32,000 bases of DNA, taken from the NCBI RefSeq assembly GCF_003945235.1, contig NZ_RSDW01000001.1:3930001-3962000 (forward strand), given 5' to 3'. How positions within the stretch are numbered: the first letter of the stretch is position 1; each line of letters begins with the position of its first letter. Under the pieces are notes generated by a model. That model saw nothing but the letters and a program-made list of their open reading frames with translations, ran no database searches and was not told the DNA's origin. The translations under genes and the position numbers were made by a program. The DNA is from Edaphobacter aggregans (GTDB lineage Bacteria; Acidobacteriota; Terriglobia; Terriglobales; Acidobacteriaceae). Below, in pieces: positions 5,498-14,365 of the stretch.

Positions 5498-8335
5498 CTA
5501 GTGGTTCGAAGGGGTTGTGGTGAGGCCGGGATTTTTGCCCATGCTGAGGAGATTCGCCATGATGCGGTAGGAGCCGGGGACGCCGTCGGGCATCTGGCGG
5601 AAGAAGGCGTAGGCCAAGTAGACGTAAGCACCCTTGCCGTAGCGGGTGTAGAGGAGACCACCCTTCTGTGGGTCCTGGCCTGCGTCGTGCATCTCGGTGA
5701 GGGCGACGTAGTGTGGGTCCCAGGTACGCATGAAGCCGTGGCCGCGCTCTTCGACCCAGTTGTCGAAGTCGGCAGTGGTGATTTTGTTAGGCCAGTTGAA
5801 GACGGGATCTTTGGGATCAAGGAGACTGACCTTGTTGTCTTCTTCGATGACCTTCTCGGGGTCGCCGGAGAGGCTGAGTGGGTAGGGGCCGTAGTTGTGG
5901 TCGAACTCCTGGGTCTGGTACTGGACGATGACGGTGCCGCCGCCTTTTGCGTATTCGAGGAGACGATTGTTGAAGGTCTTCAGCTCGGGACGGGCAGCGT
6001 AGGCGCGGATGCCGAGGACGATGGCATCGTATTGGGAGAGGTCGCCGGTGGCGATGTCCTGTGCGGAGAGGAAGATTGGGTGGATGCCCATGTCTTCGAG
6101 CGACATGGCGACGTCATCGCCGGTACCCATGATGTAGCCGACCTTAAGGTTGGGTGCCGTTTTTACGTCGACACCGCTGGTGCGGTAGGTGGCAGGACGA
6201 TAGTGCGGATAGGGGCGGAGGCCAGCGTAGCCGACGGTCTCGAAGCCCTGAGTGTATTTTTCGCCGTTGTATTCGGCCACGGCGGTGATGGTATAGGGCT
6301 TGGGCTGGACGGACTCGGGTTGAACGCGGAAGACGAGGTTCTGATCTTCGCCCTCACGTGTGGTGGCGAAGTCGGCTACGGCGGGAGTGGACATCCATCC
6401 CTTGGGGAGATCGAGGTGGACCTGGCCTTTGGCCGGGCCTTTGACGCTGCTGTGGAGGGTAACGTGTAGCTCGAACGTGGTGCTCATGAGCGGAACGATG
6501 CCGGCCAGTGGGGAGACGGTGAGCGAGATGGCCGGCGCTACTAGGAGGGGTTCGAGGACGGGGCCATCGCCGTTCATGCGGTGGATGGTCTGGACGACTC
6601 CGGTGAGCTTGATATTGACGCCCTGATACGCGACTGTGGCCTCGGCCAGGAGAGGGTAGGGCCGATTGGGAAGGTTGAGGTACCGGAGATCGCTGATGTC
6701 GTAGTAGGACTGTTCGAGATTGGGACGGCTGAAGTAGGGCTTGGTCAGCTCAGCGTCTTTAGGGACGGTGATTGCGATCAATTGATCGCGGGAGTCGCTG
6801 GGGGCCATCGCTCCGGTGATGGAATCTTTGGGTGTCATGATCCAGCCGGGTCCGGCTTCGGATTTGACCTGAACATCGGTGAGTGAGACGGGCTCGCTAC
6901 CCTGGTTGGCGATGTGGACGGAGACGTTGAAGGTCTGGCCGGGGATGACGTTCTGCGAGGTTGGTGTTTGTATGGACATGTCACCGAAGGGGCCGGAGCG
7001 CTGAGGGCCCGCACCGTCGGCGGTGTTTGCAAGGAATGAGAGGCCGAGGGATTGCTTCAAGGCTTCGTTGAACTGGGCCTGCTTGATCTGGAGCTCATGC
7101 GCCATGTTGTAGCGAGATTCGGCGGGGAGGTTGCTCTTGTTTACTTCGTCGAGGAGGGCGTTGGTCTGGGCGAGGCCTTTGGCGAGGGTCGGTGCAATGG
7201 TGGAGGGGGTGGCGGCGTTGAAGTCCTTGATGGCGGACTCGACGGTCGCGTTGAGTGCGTTCAGTTTTTCGCGCCAGGGTGCTTGCTGAGCTTCAGGTGC
7301 ATAGGATGCGATGCCGGCCAGGGTGATGTCGATGCCGTCGAAGAAGCTGGATTCATGCGGGGAGGTCGAGATGCGCGCGGCGTAGAGGTGATATGGGCTG
7401 GAGGTGGAACGAGGGAGGGGGATGGCTATGCCACCGTTCTGAGACTTCTGCTCGTTGAGGCCCTCGCGGGAGATCTGCATGTAGGAGGAGCCGAGGAGAG
7501 GATTGTAGGTTCCGGTGGGGATCTCGACGTTGGTGGAGGGGACGCCTTCGATCCAGGTGTCGTCGGCGTAATTGCGGAAGCGGACGGGTTCCCAGTGGCC
7601 GGTGGCGTAGTCGTAGACGCCTTTGTCGGAGATGCGGGCGAAGGGGACGCGGCCGTAGACCTTGAGCGGTGTCCAGGGGAGGAGGCCAGCTTTGATCTGG
7701 TCAGGGAACATGTTGGGATCGCCGGCGGCCTTGTAGGCTTCTTGCGCCATGGCGCCAGAGACTTGATGGTGACCGTGGCCATCGGAGACGTTGCCGACGA
7801 AGGTCGAGGTGATGACGAGTGGGCGCTGCATGCGGATGACTCGGACGACGTCGTAGAGGACGCGATCTTTGCCCCAGGTCTTGAGGGCTTCTTCAATGGT
7901 CTTGGAGAAGCCAAAGTCAGCGACGCGAGTGAAGTACTGATGGACGCCGTAGTAATTGCCGGCGGCGAGCAGTTCCTGGGTGCGGAGGGTTCCGAGCTCG
8001 TCCCAGTAGTCGGAGGTCATGTCGTTTTGACCGCCTTCGCCGCGGTTGAGAGTGAGAAGGGTCGTATCGACGCCCTGGCCGCGGCCTTCATAGGTGAGCA
8101 TGCCGCCGTCTTCGTCGTCAGGGTGCGCGACGACCATGGCGAGGCTGGCGCGGGTGTGAAGCTTCTTAAGAGACTGGGAGAGAGCGGCGGAGCCTCGATC
8201 GATCGGGAGCGGACGAGCAAAAGCCGATTGATAGTGAGAGGATTCCGGCTGCTGGGCGACGACGTTCGTTCCGTTGAGGCAGAGAGAAGATATGAGAAGA
8301 CCCAGAGTGGTGCCGCGGAACAATTCAGATCTCAT
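5498..8335 (-). CDS. exported PIG-L/LmbE-family deacetylase with a large C-terminal extension (945 aa)
   Basis: Signal peptide (LGLLISSLCLNGTNVVAQQ). PIG-L motifs VVAHPDDEDGG and DGHGHHQ are present. The C-terminal region resembles a ThuA / class-I-amidotransferase fold (YDAIVLGIRAYA...GGGTVIVQYQ). AGGAG lies 9 nt upstream of the ATG at 8335. Confidence 0.88.
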   Translation of the reverse strand: MRSELFRGTTLGLLISSLCLNGTNVVAQQPESSHYQSAFARPLPIDRGSAALSQSLKKLHTRASLAMVVAHPDDEDGGMLTYEGRGQGVDTTLLTLNRGEGGQNDMTSDYWDELGTLRTQELLAAGNYYGVHQYFTRVADFGFSKTIEEALKTWGKDRVLYDVVRVIRMQRPLVITSTFVGNVSDGHGHHQVSGAMAQEAYKAAGDPNMFPDQIKAGLLPWTPLKVYGRVPFARISDKGVYDYATGHWEPVRFRNYADDTWIEGVPSTNVEIPTGTYNPLLGSSYMQISREGLNEQKSQNGGIAIPLPRSTSSPYHLYAARISTSPHESSFFDGIDITLAGIASYAPEAQQAPWREKLNALNATVESAIKDFNAATPSTIAPTLAKGLAQTNALLDEVNKSNLPAESRYNMAHELQIKQAQFNEALKQSLGLSFLANTADGAGPQRSGPFGDMSIQTPTSQNVIPGQTFNVSVHIANQGSEPVSLTDVQVKSEAGPGWIMTPKDSITGAMAPSDSRDQLIAITVPKDAELTKPYFSRPNLEQSYYDISDLRYLNLPNRPYPLLAEATVAYQGVNIKLTGVVQTIHRMNGDGPVLEPLLVAPAISLTVSPLAGIVPLMSTTFELHVTLHSSVKGPAKGQVHLDLPKGWMSTPAVADFATTREGEDQNLVFRVQPESVQPKPYTITAVAEYNGEKYTQGFETVGYAGLRPYPHYRPATYRTSGVDVKTAPNLKVGYIMGTGDDVAMSLEDMGIHPIFLSAQDIATGDLSQYDAIVLGIRAYAARPELKTFNNRLLEYAKGGGTVIVQYQTQEFDHNYGPYPLSLSGDPEKVIEEDNKVSLLDPKDPVFNWPNKITTADFDNWVEERGHGFMRTWDPHYVALTEMHDAGQDPQKGGLLYTRYGKGAYVYLAYAFFRQMPDGVPGSYRIMANLLSMGKNPGLTTTPSNH

Positions 8336-8404
8336 GGTGCGAAGCTCCTGAGGGATTACAGAGGTGTAAAAAGTCGACGATGGTAATGGATATCATGAGG
8401 TGAA

Positions 8405-8420
8405 AAACTTTGTAAAGTTT
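8405..8420. promoter_or_regulatory. perfect palindrome AAACTTTGTAAAGTTT in the divergent PIG-L / ROK control region (candidate operator)
   Basis: 7-bp arms AAACTTT and AAAGTTT with a 2-bp centre, in an AT-rich 95-bp divergent intergenic region. A related CTTTGTCAAAG lies at 9790-9800. Confidence 0.45.
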
Positions 8421-8451
8421 ATTTACATATTTGGGGTATCATCGTTGTCGA

Positions 8452-9705
8452 ATGAACACCGTCGAAAAAATGCGTCTGCCTCATCTCTCTACCGTACAGT
8501 ATCCCCCAGAAATGGAGACAGGGCCTTCGCGACCGGCGCATCTGCGTCAGGTGAATGCGCGGGGATTGCTGCGGTTGCTTCGTGAACACAATCCATGTTC
8601 GAAGGCGGACCTGGTGCGGTTGTCGGGGTTGAGCGCGCCAACTGTGTCGAGCGCTGTCGCGCATCTTGAATCGCTGGGGCTTATTGAGAATTTGGGGGAA
8701 GGAGAATCGAGCGGTGGGCGACCGCCCGGGTTGCTGCGTTTTCACGCGGAACATGGATATGTTGCCGGCGCGGATATTGGCGGGACGCGGCTGCGGATGA
8801 TACTTGCGGATTTGAACGGCAAGGTGCTGACGCAGTGGTCGACCCTACTGACCGAGAAGCAGCGGACCCCGAAGGCTGTGTGCTCTCTGATGCACGAGGG
8901 GCTGAAGGTGATGTGCCAGGAAGAGAGTACGTCGCTCAAGAAAGTACTGCATCTGACGGCGGGCGCACCGGGGATTACGAATGTTGATTCGGGAATTGTT
9001 CTTTCTGCGCCGAACCTTAAGGACTGGGATGACGTACCTCTGCGTACGATGATCGAAAAAGAGATGGGTATTCCGGCGCTGGTAGAGAATGACACGAACC
9101 TTGCTGCGGTGGGCGAGCACTGGCGTGGGTCGGCCACGGGAGTAGAGGATTTTATTTTTGTTGCGTTGGGAACAGGTGTGGGCGCGGGAATTTTTCTGCG
9201 CGGACGCTTGCATCATGGGGCGAACTGGAGCGCGGGGGAGATTGGCTACACGCGCGCGGAGGGATGTTCGCGACATCCGTTGCAGGTGCATTCGCCTGGG
9301 CAACTGGAGCGGTCGATTGGGGGAGTGGGCATCGAGAAGGAGTGGATGCGGCTGCTCGGACGGAGCCGCCGGGCGAATGAATCGGCTCTGACGAAGCTGC
9401 GGGCATCGGAGATATTCGACCTTGCTGTGGATGGCGACAGGGCCGCGGCTGAAGTTGTTCACTATGCTGCGCAGATTTTGGCTAACTGCATTGTTGACCT
9501 GGCGCTGGCGCTCGATCCAGAGGTAGTCATTCTAGGAGGCGGCGTGGGCGCTCACGCCGAGCTTTGTAGGGCCACGGAGAAATTACTGCAACAGAATGAA
9601 TTTGCCTGTCCACGCGTTCGGTCCAGCTCTCTCGGTACGCAGGCGCAACTCCACGGGGCAATTTCGCTTAGTCTCTCGGCCACGGAAAACAGGTTGCTGG
9701 CTTAG
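8452..9705 (+). CDS. ROK-family transcriptional regulator (NagC/Mlc-like; N-terminal wHTH plus ROK sugar-kinase fold)
   Basis: HTH region: NARGLLRLLREHNPCSKADLVRLSGLSAPTVSSAVAHLESLGLI. ROK core: ADIGGTRLR, ENDTNLAAVGE, LGTGVGAGI, SAGEIGY. The start is uncertain: TTG 8431, ATG 8452, 8470 or 8512, and none has a clear SD. Confidence 0.85.
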   Translation: MNTVEKMRLPHLSTVQYPPEMETGPSRPAHLRQVNARGLLRLLREHNPCSKADLVRLSGLSAPTVSSAVAHLESLGLIENLGEGESSGGRPPGLLRFHAEHGYVAGADIGGTRLRMILADLNGKVLTQWSTLLTEKQRTPKAVCSLMHEGLKVMCQEESTSLKKVLHLTAGAPGITNVDSGIVLSAPNLKDWDDVPLRTMIEKEMGIPALVENDTNLAAVGEHWRGSATGVEDFIFVALGTGVGAGIFLRGRLHHGANWSAGEIGYTRAEGCSRHPLQVHSPGQLERSIGGVGIEKEWMRLLGRSRRANESALTKLRASEIFDLAVDGDRAAAEVVHYAAQILANCIVDLALALDPEVVILGGGVGAHAELCRATEKLLQQNEFACPRVRSSSLGTQAQLHGAISLSLSATENRLLA

Positions 9706-9789
9706 ATTCAATAAAGAAATCATATTGACAAGCACAAGGTTGTTGCCCTAGTGTTAGGGCCACACTTCCTAAATAGATTTTACTAAGTT

Positions 9790-9800
9790 CTTTGTCAAAG
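9790..9800. promoter_or_regulatory. palindrome CTTTGTCAAAG upstream of the TonB receptor gene (possible second operator)
   Basis: 5-bp arms around a central T, located 53 nt upstream of the ATG at 9853. It shares CTTTGT..AAAG with the 8405-8420 palindrome. Confidence 0.3.
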
Positions 9801-9852
9801 CGATTTAAAGAAACGCTGATTTCGCTTCACCGTTGAAGTTTCAGGAGGCTAC

Positions 9853-12837
9853 ATGTCGATTCTTCGCATTGCCCAAACAGCTCTCTTCGGCGCCGCTCTT
9901 GCAGCGGGGCTTGTAGTTTCCAGCGCGAGTTTGCCCGCGTGGGCGCAGTCGCAGTCGATCAACGGCACGATTCGCGGACTGGTCTCGGACTCCACCGGGG
10001 CGCCGATTGCAGGGGCGACGGTGACAGTGAAGAATCTGGATACCGGATATACGCGTATCGTAACCTCTGCAGGGGATGGTCTTTACATCGCTCCCGATCT
10101 GCCGGTCGGAACATATTCGGTGAGTGCGCAGGCGGCTGGCTTTGCTCTGCTTACACAGACTGGTATCCACCTTGCTGCAGGAAACGAAACCGTTATCGAC
10201 CAGGTGCTCAAGGCGGGATCCGTGGCCACCGTGGTTGAGGTGACCTCCGATGCGCCGATTCTCGAACCAGCGCGGTTCACGCTGGGCCGCACGATTTCGC
10301 CGGAAGAGACGCAGAACCTTCCGCTGACGTCGCGCAATCCGTATAACTTCATCCTGTTTCAGCCGGGGGTGAGCGGCCATCCTAATCCGGAGAATGGGAT
10401 TCCGCGCACGGTGAATACGAACGGCCTGGTGGACCGCATCAGCTATCAACTGGACGGCATGGTGGATACGGAGACGGATCGTTATGGTCTGCGTTTGTTC
10501 GCTATTTCCGACTCGTATGTAAGCGAAGTGCAGACGATTGCCAATAGCGCTCCTGCAGAGTTTGGCAATACTGCTGGTGTTACGTTCAACGTGATTACAC
10601 CGACAGGGACCAATCACTATCACGGACTGGTGCAGTACATCTGGCGGCCAAAGGCGGCGAGCTCCTGCCCGATTCTGCAAAACTGCGTTGCAGGTACGAC
10701 TGGCTATGCTCCTAAGCCCGATTTGCATGTGGATGACTATGTGGGGCGCATCGGTGGACCGGTAAAGAGGGACAAACTATTTTTCTTCGCTGCCTACGAA
10801 AAGTTGAAGCGCGCCAATCCTCAGGCGATCACGATTACGCCAGCTAATCAAGCTACGTTGATCGGCTACGGGATCAATGCAGCTCTCTTCAATCCTGCGC
10901 CAAGCGTGCAGCGGGCGCAGTGGCTGGATGTACGTGGTGACTGGACCATCAACACGAAGAACCAGGCCTTTGTGCGGTACAACTATTTCCGCAATAACTA
11001 TCCGTTCAACACAAACGTCGGCGGTTTGTATGCTCAGGACGCGTCATCGGACTTTCAGGATCGGGCTCATATCATCGGAGCACAACTGATTACGACCTTC
11101 ACTCCGAACATTCTGAACGAGTTTCGCGGCTCGTGGCCCTACCGCAATGAACACCATGTTGCGGGCCCAATTACGGGACCTGGGCCAATGATCACGATCA
11201 CCGGAGTCGCCAACTTCGGCGGCACAAATGCAGCTGCTGACAAGTTCCAGGAGAAGATTCCGTCGTTCAACGACAACGTGACCTGGATCAAAGGTGCGCA
11301 CACGATGAAGTTCGGTGTCGGCCTTCAGAAGAACCTGGACACACAACTGCAAGATGTTTATGTGCAGTACACGTTTGCCTCCATTGCACAGTGGCAGAGT
11401 GCGAAGAACGGTACGACACCGCACGTTTACAGCAATGTGAAGGCGAGCATCGGACAACCTGGCGCGGCTTACCATTCGGTCTTCTTCAATCTGTTTGCGC
11501 AGGATACGTGGCAGGTGAAGAAGAACTTACTGCTCTCCTATGGCCTTCGCTATGACCAGTACCGCGCCCCTACACCCCCAGCGGGCGAGCCCTTTGTCTA
11601 CACGCAGGGTTTCCGCACTCCGCTTGGGAATTTTGCGCCGCGGTTCGGTGTTTCGTATCAGCCGAATCCGACGACAGTTGTTCGTTTGAATGCTGGGCTC
11701 TTCTATGAAGCGACACCGACAAACACGTGGTACAACCCGCTGTACAACAATGGCGCGGCGGGAAGTGGTTCTTTCATCGCGACCGTGACGGGTGCCTCGT
11801 CGGAGGCGGCTGCGACAAGCTGCCAGCCAGCCTTCCCGAACACTCCTCAACAGGTTCCGGCAAGCTGCCTTGGAACACAGAGCATCTACGCCCTGACTCC
11901 GAGGTTCAAGAACGAGTATGTATGGAACGTCAATGCACAGGTGCAGCAGCAGCTCACGAAGAGTGACTCGCTGACTCTTGGATACATCATGACCAATGGG
12001 CGCAATATGCAGTTCCTGCGGAATATGAACCTCATTAATCCGGTTGGCACTCTGCTTGACGGACGTCCTGTTTTTCAGACAGCAGTGAATGCGAACACGC
12101 GTCTGTTTCCGCAGTTCAACAACATTACGCTGATCGACGTTGGCTCGAACTCTTCGTACAACGCGCTGACAGCGACCTATGAGCATCGGATGTCGCTGGA
12201 TTGGACGATGAGCGCGTCTTACACGTGGTCGCACTCGATCACTAACACGCCGGAGGCCAATTCGTATGAGTTCTCGACGCCGGTGCAGGACACGACCAAT
12301 CCTAACGGGGACCGCGGCAATAGCGGTGTCAACCGTCCGCAATCGCTGACGGTGAGCACGGTGTATGCGCCGACGGCACACTTCGAGAATCGAATCGCGA
12401 ACGTGCTTGCCAACGACAATAATCTTGCGCTGCTAGGCAATTTCTCGAGCGGCGATCAACAGATCATGACTGTCAGTGCGGCGCTCAACAACGATGCGAT
12501 CGCCACGAGTCGGCCACTGTTCATTGGACGAAACACCTTGCGCGCCCCGAACATCGCTCAAGTAGATGCCCGCTACACACGTGGCTTTGGCACCTATTGG
12601 GAGCGCGTGAAGCCTCAGTTGCTGATCGAGGCCAACAACCTGTTCAACCGTTCCAACGTGACCTCGATCAATGGAACGGCGCAAGTGGTGCCTCTCAACT
12701 ACGTTGGGCCATCGAATGGCAATCCGGCCACCTTCAACCGGCTGGCGGGCACGATTACCTCCCAGCCGACGCTGGCGCCGACGAGTTCGGTTCTAGAGGC
12801 ACGAATTCTTCAGTTCGGTCTGAAGGTCGAGTTTTAG
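9853..12837 (+). CDS. TonB-dependent outer-membrane receptor with an N-terminal carboxypeptidase-regulatory-like domain (994 aa)
   Basis: AGGAGG lies at 9843-9848. Signal peptide ends ...LPAWAQS. CarbopepD_reg-like segment: GTIRGLVSDSTGAPIAGATVTVKNLDTGYTRIVTSAGDGLYIAPDLPVGTYSV. A long beta-barrel follows, ending LQFGLKVEF with a terminal aromatic residue. Confidence 0.92.
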   Translation: MSILRIAQTALFGAALAAGLVVSSASLPAWAQSQSINGTIRGLVSDSTGAPIAGATVTVKNLDTGYTRIVTSAGDGLYIAPDLPVGTYSVSAQAAGFALLTQTGIHLAAGNETVIDQVLKAGSVATVVEVTSDAPILEPARFTLGRTISPEETQNLPLTSRNPYNFILFQPGVSGHPNPENGIPRTVNTNGLVDRISYQLDGMVDTETDRYGLRLFAISDSYVSEVQTIANSAPAEFGNTAGVTFNVITPTGTNHYHGLVQYIWRPKAASSCPILQNCVAGTTGYAPKPDLHVDDYVGRIGGPVKRDKLFFFAAYEKLKRANPQAITITPANQATLIGYGINAALFNPAPSVQRAQWLDVRGDWTINTKNQAFVRYNYFRNNYPFNTNVGGLYAQDASSDFQDRAHIIGAQLITTFTPNILNEFRGSWPYRNEHHVAGPITGPGPMITITGVANFGGTNAAADKFQEKIPSFNDNVTWIKGAHTMKFGVGLQKNLDTQLQDVYVQYTFASIAQWQSAKNGTTPHVYSNVKASIGQPGAAYHSVFFNLFAQDTWQVKKNLLLSYGLRYDQYRAPTPPAGEPFVYTQGFRTPLGNFAPRFGVSYQPNPTTVVRLNAGLFYEATPTNTWYNPLYNNGAAGSGSFIATVTGASSEAAATSCQPAFPNTPQQVPASCLGTQSIYALTPRFKNEYVWNVNAQVQQQLTKSDSLTLGYIMTNGRNMQFLRNMNLINPVGTLLDGRPVFQTAVNANTRLFPQFNNITLIDVGSNSSYNALTATYEHRMSLDWTMSASYTWSHSITNTPEANSYEFSTPVQDTTNPNGDRGNSGVNRPQSLTVSTVYAPTAHFENRIANVLANDNNLALLGNFSSGDQQIMTVSAALNNDAIATSRPLFIGRNTLRAPNIAQVDARYTRGFGTYWERVKPQLLIEANNLFNRSNVTSINGTAQVVPLNYVGPSNGNPATFNRLAGTITSQPTLAPTSSVLEARILQFGLKVEF

Positions 12838-12856
12838 ACTCATACTGAAGGAAGGT

Positions 12857-14365
12857 ATGCCAAATTTACCGATTAAGGGCAAATCGGTGTTTCCAGCACC
12901 GATCTACCGCGACACCGTCTTAGTTCAGGTCTTTGCGGATGCCAAACGATATTTTCTAGAGCCGCTGCTGGAGATCGAGTATGCGCATACGCTGATGCTG
13001 GCGCGACAGGGCATCATGCCTGAAGCTGAAGCGGCCCTGTGCCTTCGCGCGCTGGACCAGCTTGATATCGATGAGGTTCGTTCGGCGCAGTACGACGGGA
13101 CATTTGAGGATCTGTTCTTCTACCTGGAGAAGAAGATTGCCGCAGTGTGCGGCGAAGAGGTTGCCGGCAAGATGCATACGGCTCGCAGCCGCAATGATAT
13201 TGATCTGACGATGTATCGCATGGTTCTGCGCGAGTGGTTGACACAGACACTGGTGGCGACGTTGCATCTTCGCCGCAGGCTTGTGGAGTTGGCATGGGAG
13301 CATCGTGCTTCGCTGATGCCGGCATATACGCATAATCAGCCTGCGCAACCGACTACGCTGGGCCACTACCTGATGGCGTATATCGAGATTCTGGAGCGCG
13401 ATGCTGAACGGATTCAAGCCGCTTATGCTCGGGTGAATCGCAATCCGCTGGGAGCCTGCGCGATTACGACGACCGGATTTCCTATAGATCGGCACTACAC
13501 AGAGAGGCTGCTGGGTTTTGCGGGACTGCAGGTCAATTCGTATGGGGCGATTGCAGCGGTGGATTATCTCGCCGAGAGCTGTTTCGTATTGGCTGGCACG
13601 ATGCTTAGCCTGGGGCGGTTTGCGCAGGATCTTCTGTTGTGGAGCACTGTAGAGTTCGGCTACTTGCGGCTTAGTGATGCTTATGTACAGATCAGTAGCA
13701 TCATGCCGCAGAAACGCAACCCGGTGCCTCTGGAGCATGTGCGGATTCTTGCCAGCCGCGCTTTGATGCAGGCACAGAGTGTTGTTGGATGTTTGCATAA
13801 CACTCCGTTTGCCGATATGAATGATGCCGAAGACGAGTTGCAGCCGCTGGTGTATACGGCATTTGAAGATGGCGAGCGAAGTCTTCGATTGCTAGCTGGG
13901 GTTTTGGATGAAGTGAAGTTCCATACTGAGCGCATGGCTGTGGCCGCAGATGAGAACTTTCTTCCGGTTACTGAGTTGGCCGATACGCTGGTGCGGTCGA
14001 CGGGCATCAGCTTCCATGCGGCGCATGCAGTTGTGAGCGCCGCAGTGAAGGAGCTTGAGGGCAACTATGACGCGGAGGCGATAGCGGAGATTATTGTGCG
14101 TGAGCTTCCGTCGATTGTTGAAGGGACTCGGATGATTTCTCGTGAGACGATCAGGACTTCGCTGAGTGCGCAGAACTTTGTTGCGGTTCGGCAGGTTGCG
14201 GGTGGACCGGCGAGTGAGGCGCTAGATCCGGAGATTCTGCGGGCCAGGGAGCAACTCCTGATTGATGAACGGTGGCTGTTTGATGAGGAGAATCATCGCA
14301 GGAATGCGCGAACGATGATGAGAGAAGAGAGCGATGCTCTGCTGCGGCGGGTCGATGGACGTTAG
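12857..14365 (+). CDS. argininosuccinate-lyase-like enzyme (aspartase/fumarase superfamily), divergent N-terminus
   Basis: All three superfamily motifs are present: HTARSRNDIDLT, YTHNQPAQPTTLGH and SSIMPQKRNPVPLE. The start is 19 nt after the receptor stop, with a GAAGGAAGG SD. The canonical ArgH N-terminal WGGRF motif is absent. Confidence 0.9.
   Translation: MPNLPIKGKSVFPAPIYRDTVLVQVFADAKRYFLEPLLEIEYAHTLMLARQGIMPEAEAALCLRALDQLDIDEVRSAQYDGTFEDLFFYLEKKIAAVCGEEVAGKMHTARSRNDIDLTMYRMVLREWLTQTLVATLHLRRRLVELAWEHRASLMPAYTHNQPAQPTTLGHYLMAYIEILERDAERIQAAYARVNRNPLGACAITTTGFPIDRHYTERLLGFAGLQVNSYGAIAAVDYLAESCFVLAGTMLSLGRFAQDLLLWSTVEFGYLRLSDAYVQISSIMPQKRNPVPLEHVRILASRALMQAQSVVGCLHNTPFADMNDAEDELQPLVYTAFEDGERSLRLLAGVLDEVKFHTERMAVAADENFLPVTELADTLVRSTGISFHAAHAVVSAAVKELEGNYDAEAIAEIIVRELPSIVEGTRMISRETIRTSLSAQNFVAVRQVAGGPASEALDPEILRAREQLLIDERWLFDEENHRRNARTMMREESDALLRRVDGR

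Noticed and set aside
5501-8386. Plus-strand ORFs of 322 aa (5501-6469) and 444 aa (7052-8386), plus several shorter ones, antisense to the PIG-L gene
   Set aside because: They show the same G/V/D/E-rich antisense signature. They overlap a gene with strong motif support, and no independent start signals were found.
9745-9760. Short hairpins GCCCTA-GTGT-TAGGGC (9745-9760), GGCAAC...GTTGCC (29684-29708) and GCGCTCC...GGAGCGC (21221-21244), considered as terminators
   Set aside because: The stems are only 6-7 bp with no U-tract. This is too weak to call.
9841-13798. Minus-strand ORFs 9841-10728, 11527-12381 and 12956-13798, antisense to the TonB receptor and lyase-like genes
   Set aside because: Their translations are Arg/His/Gln/Pro-rich with no domain pattern. 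The sense-strand genes carry unambiguous family motifs.
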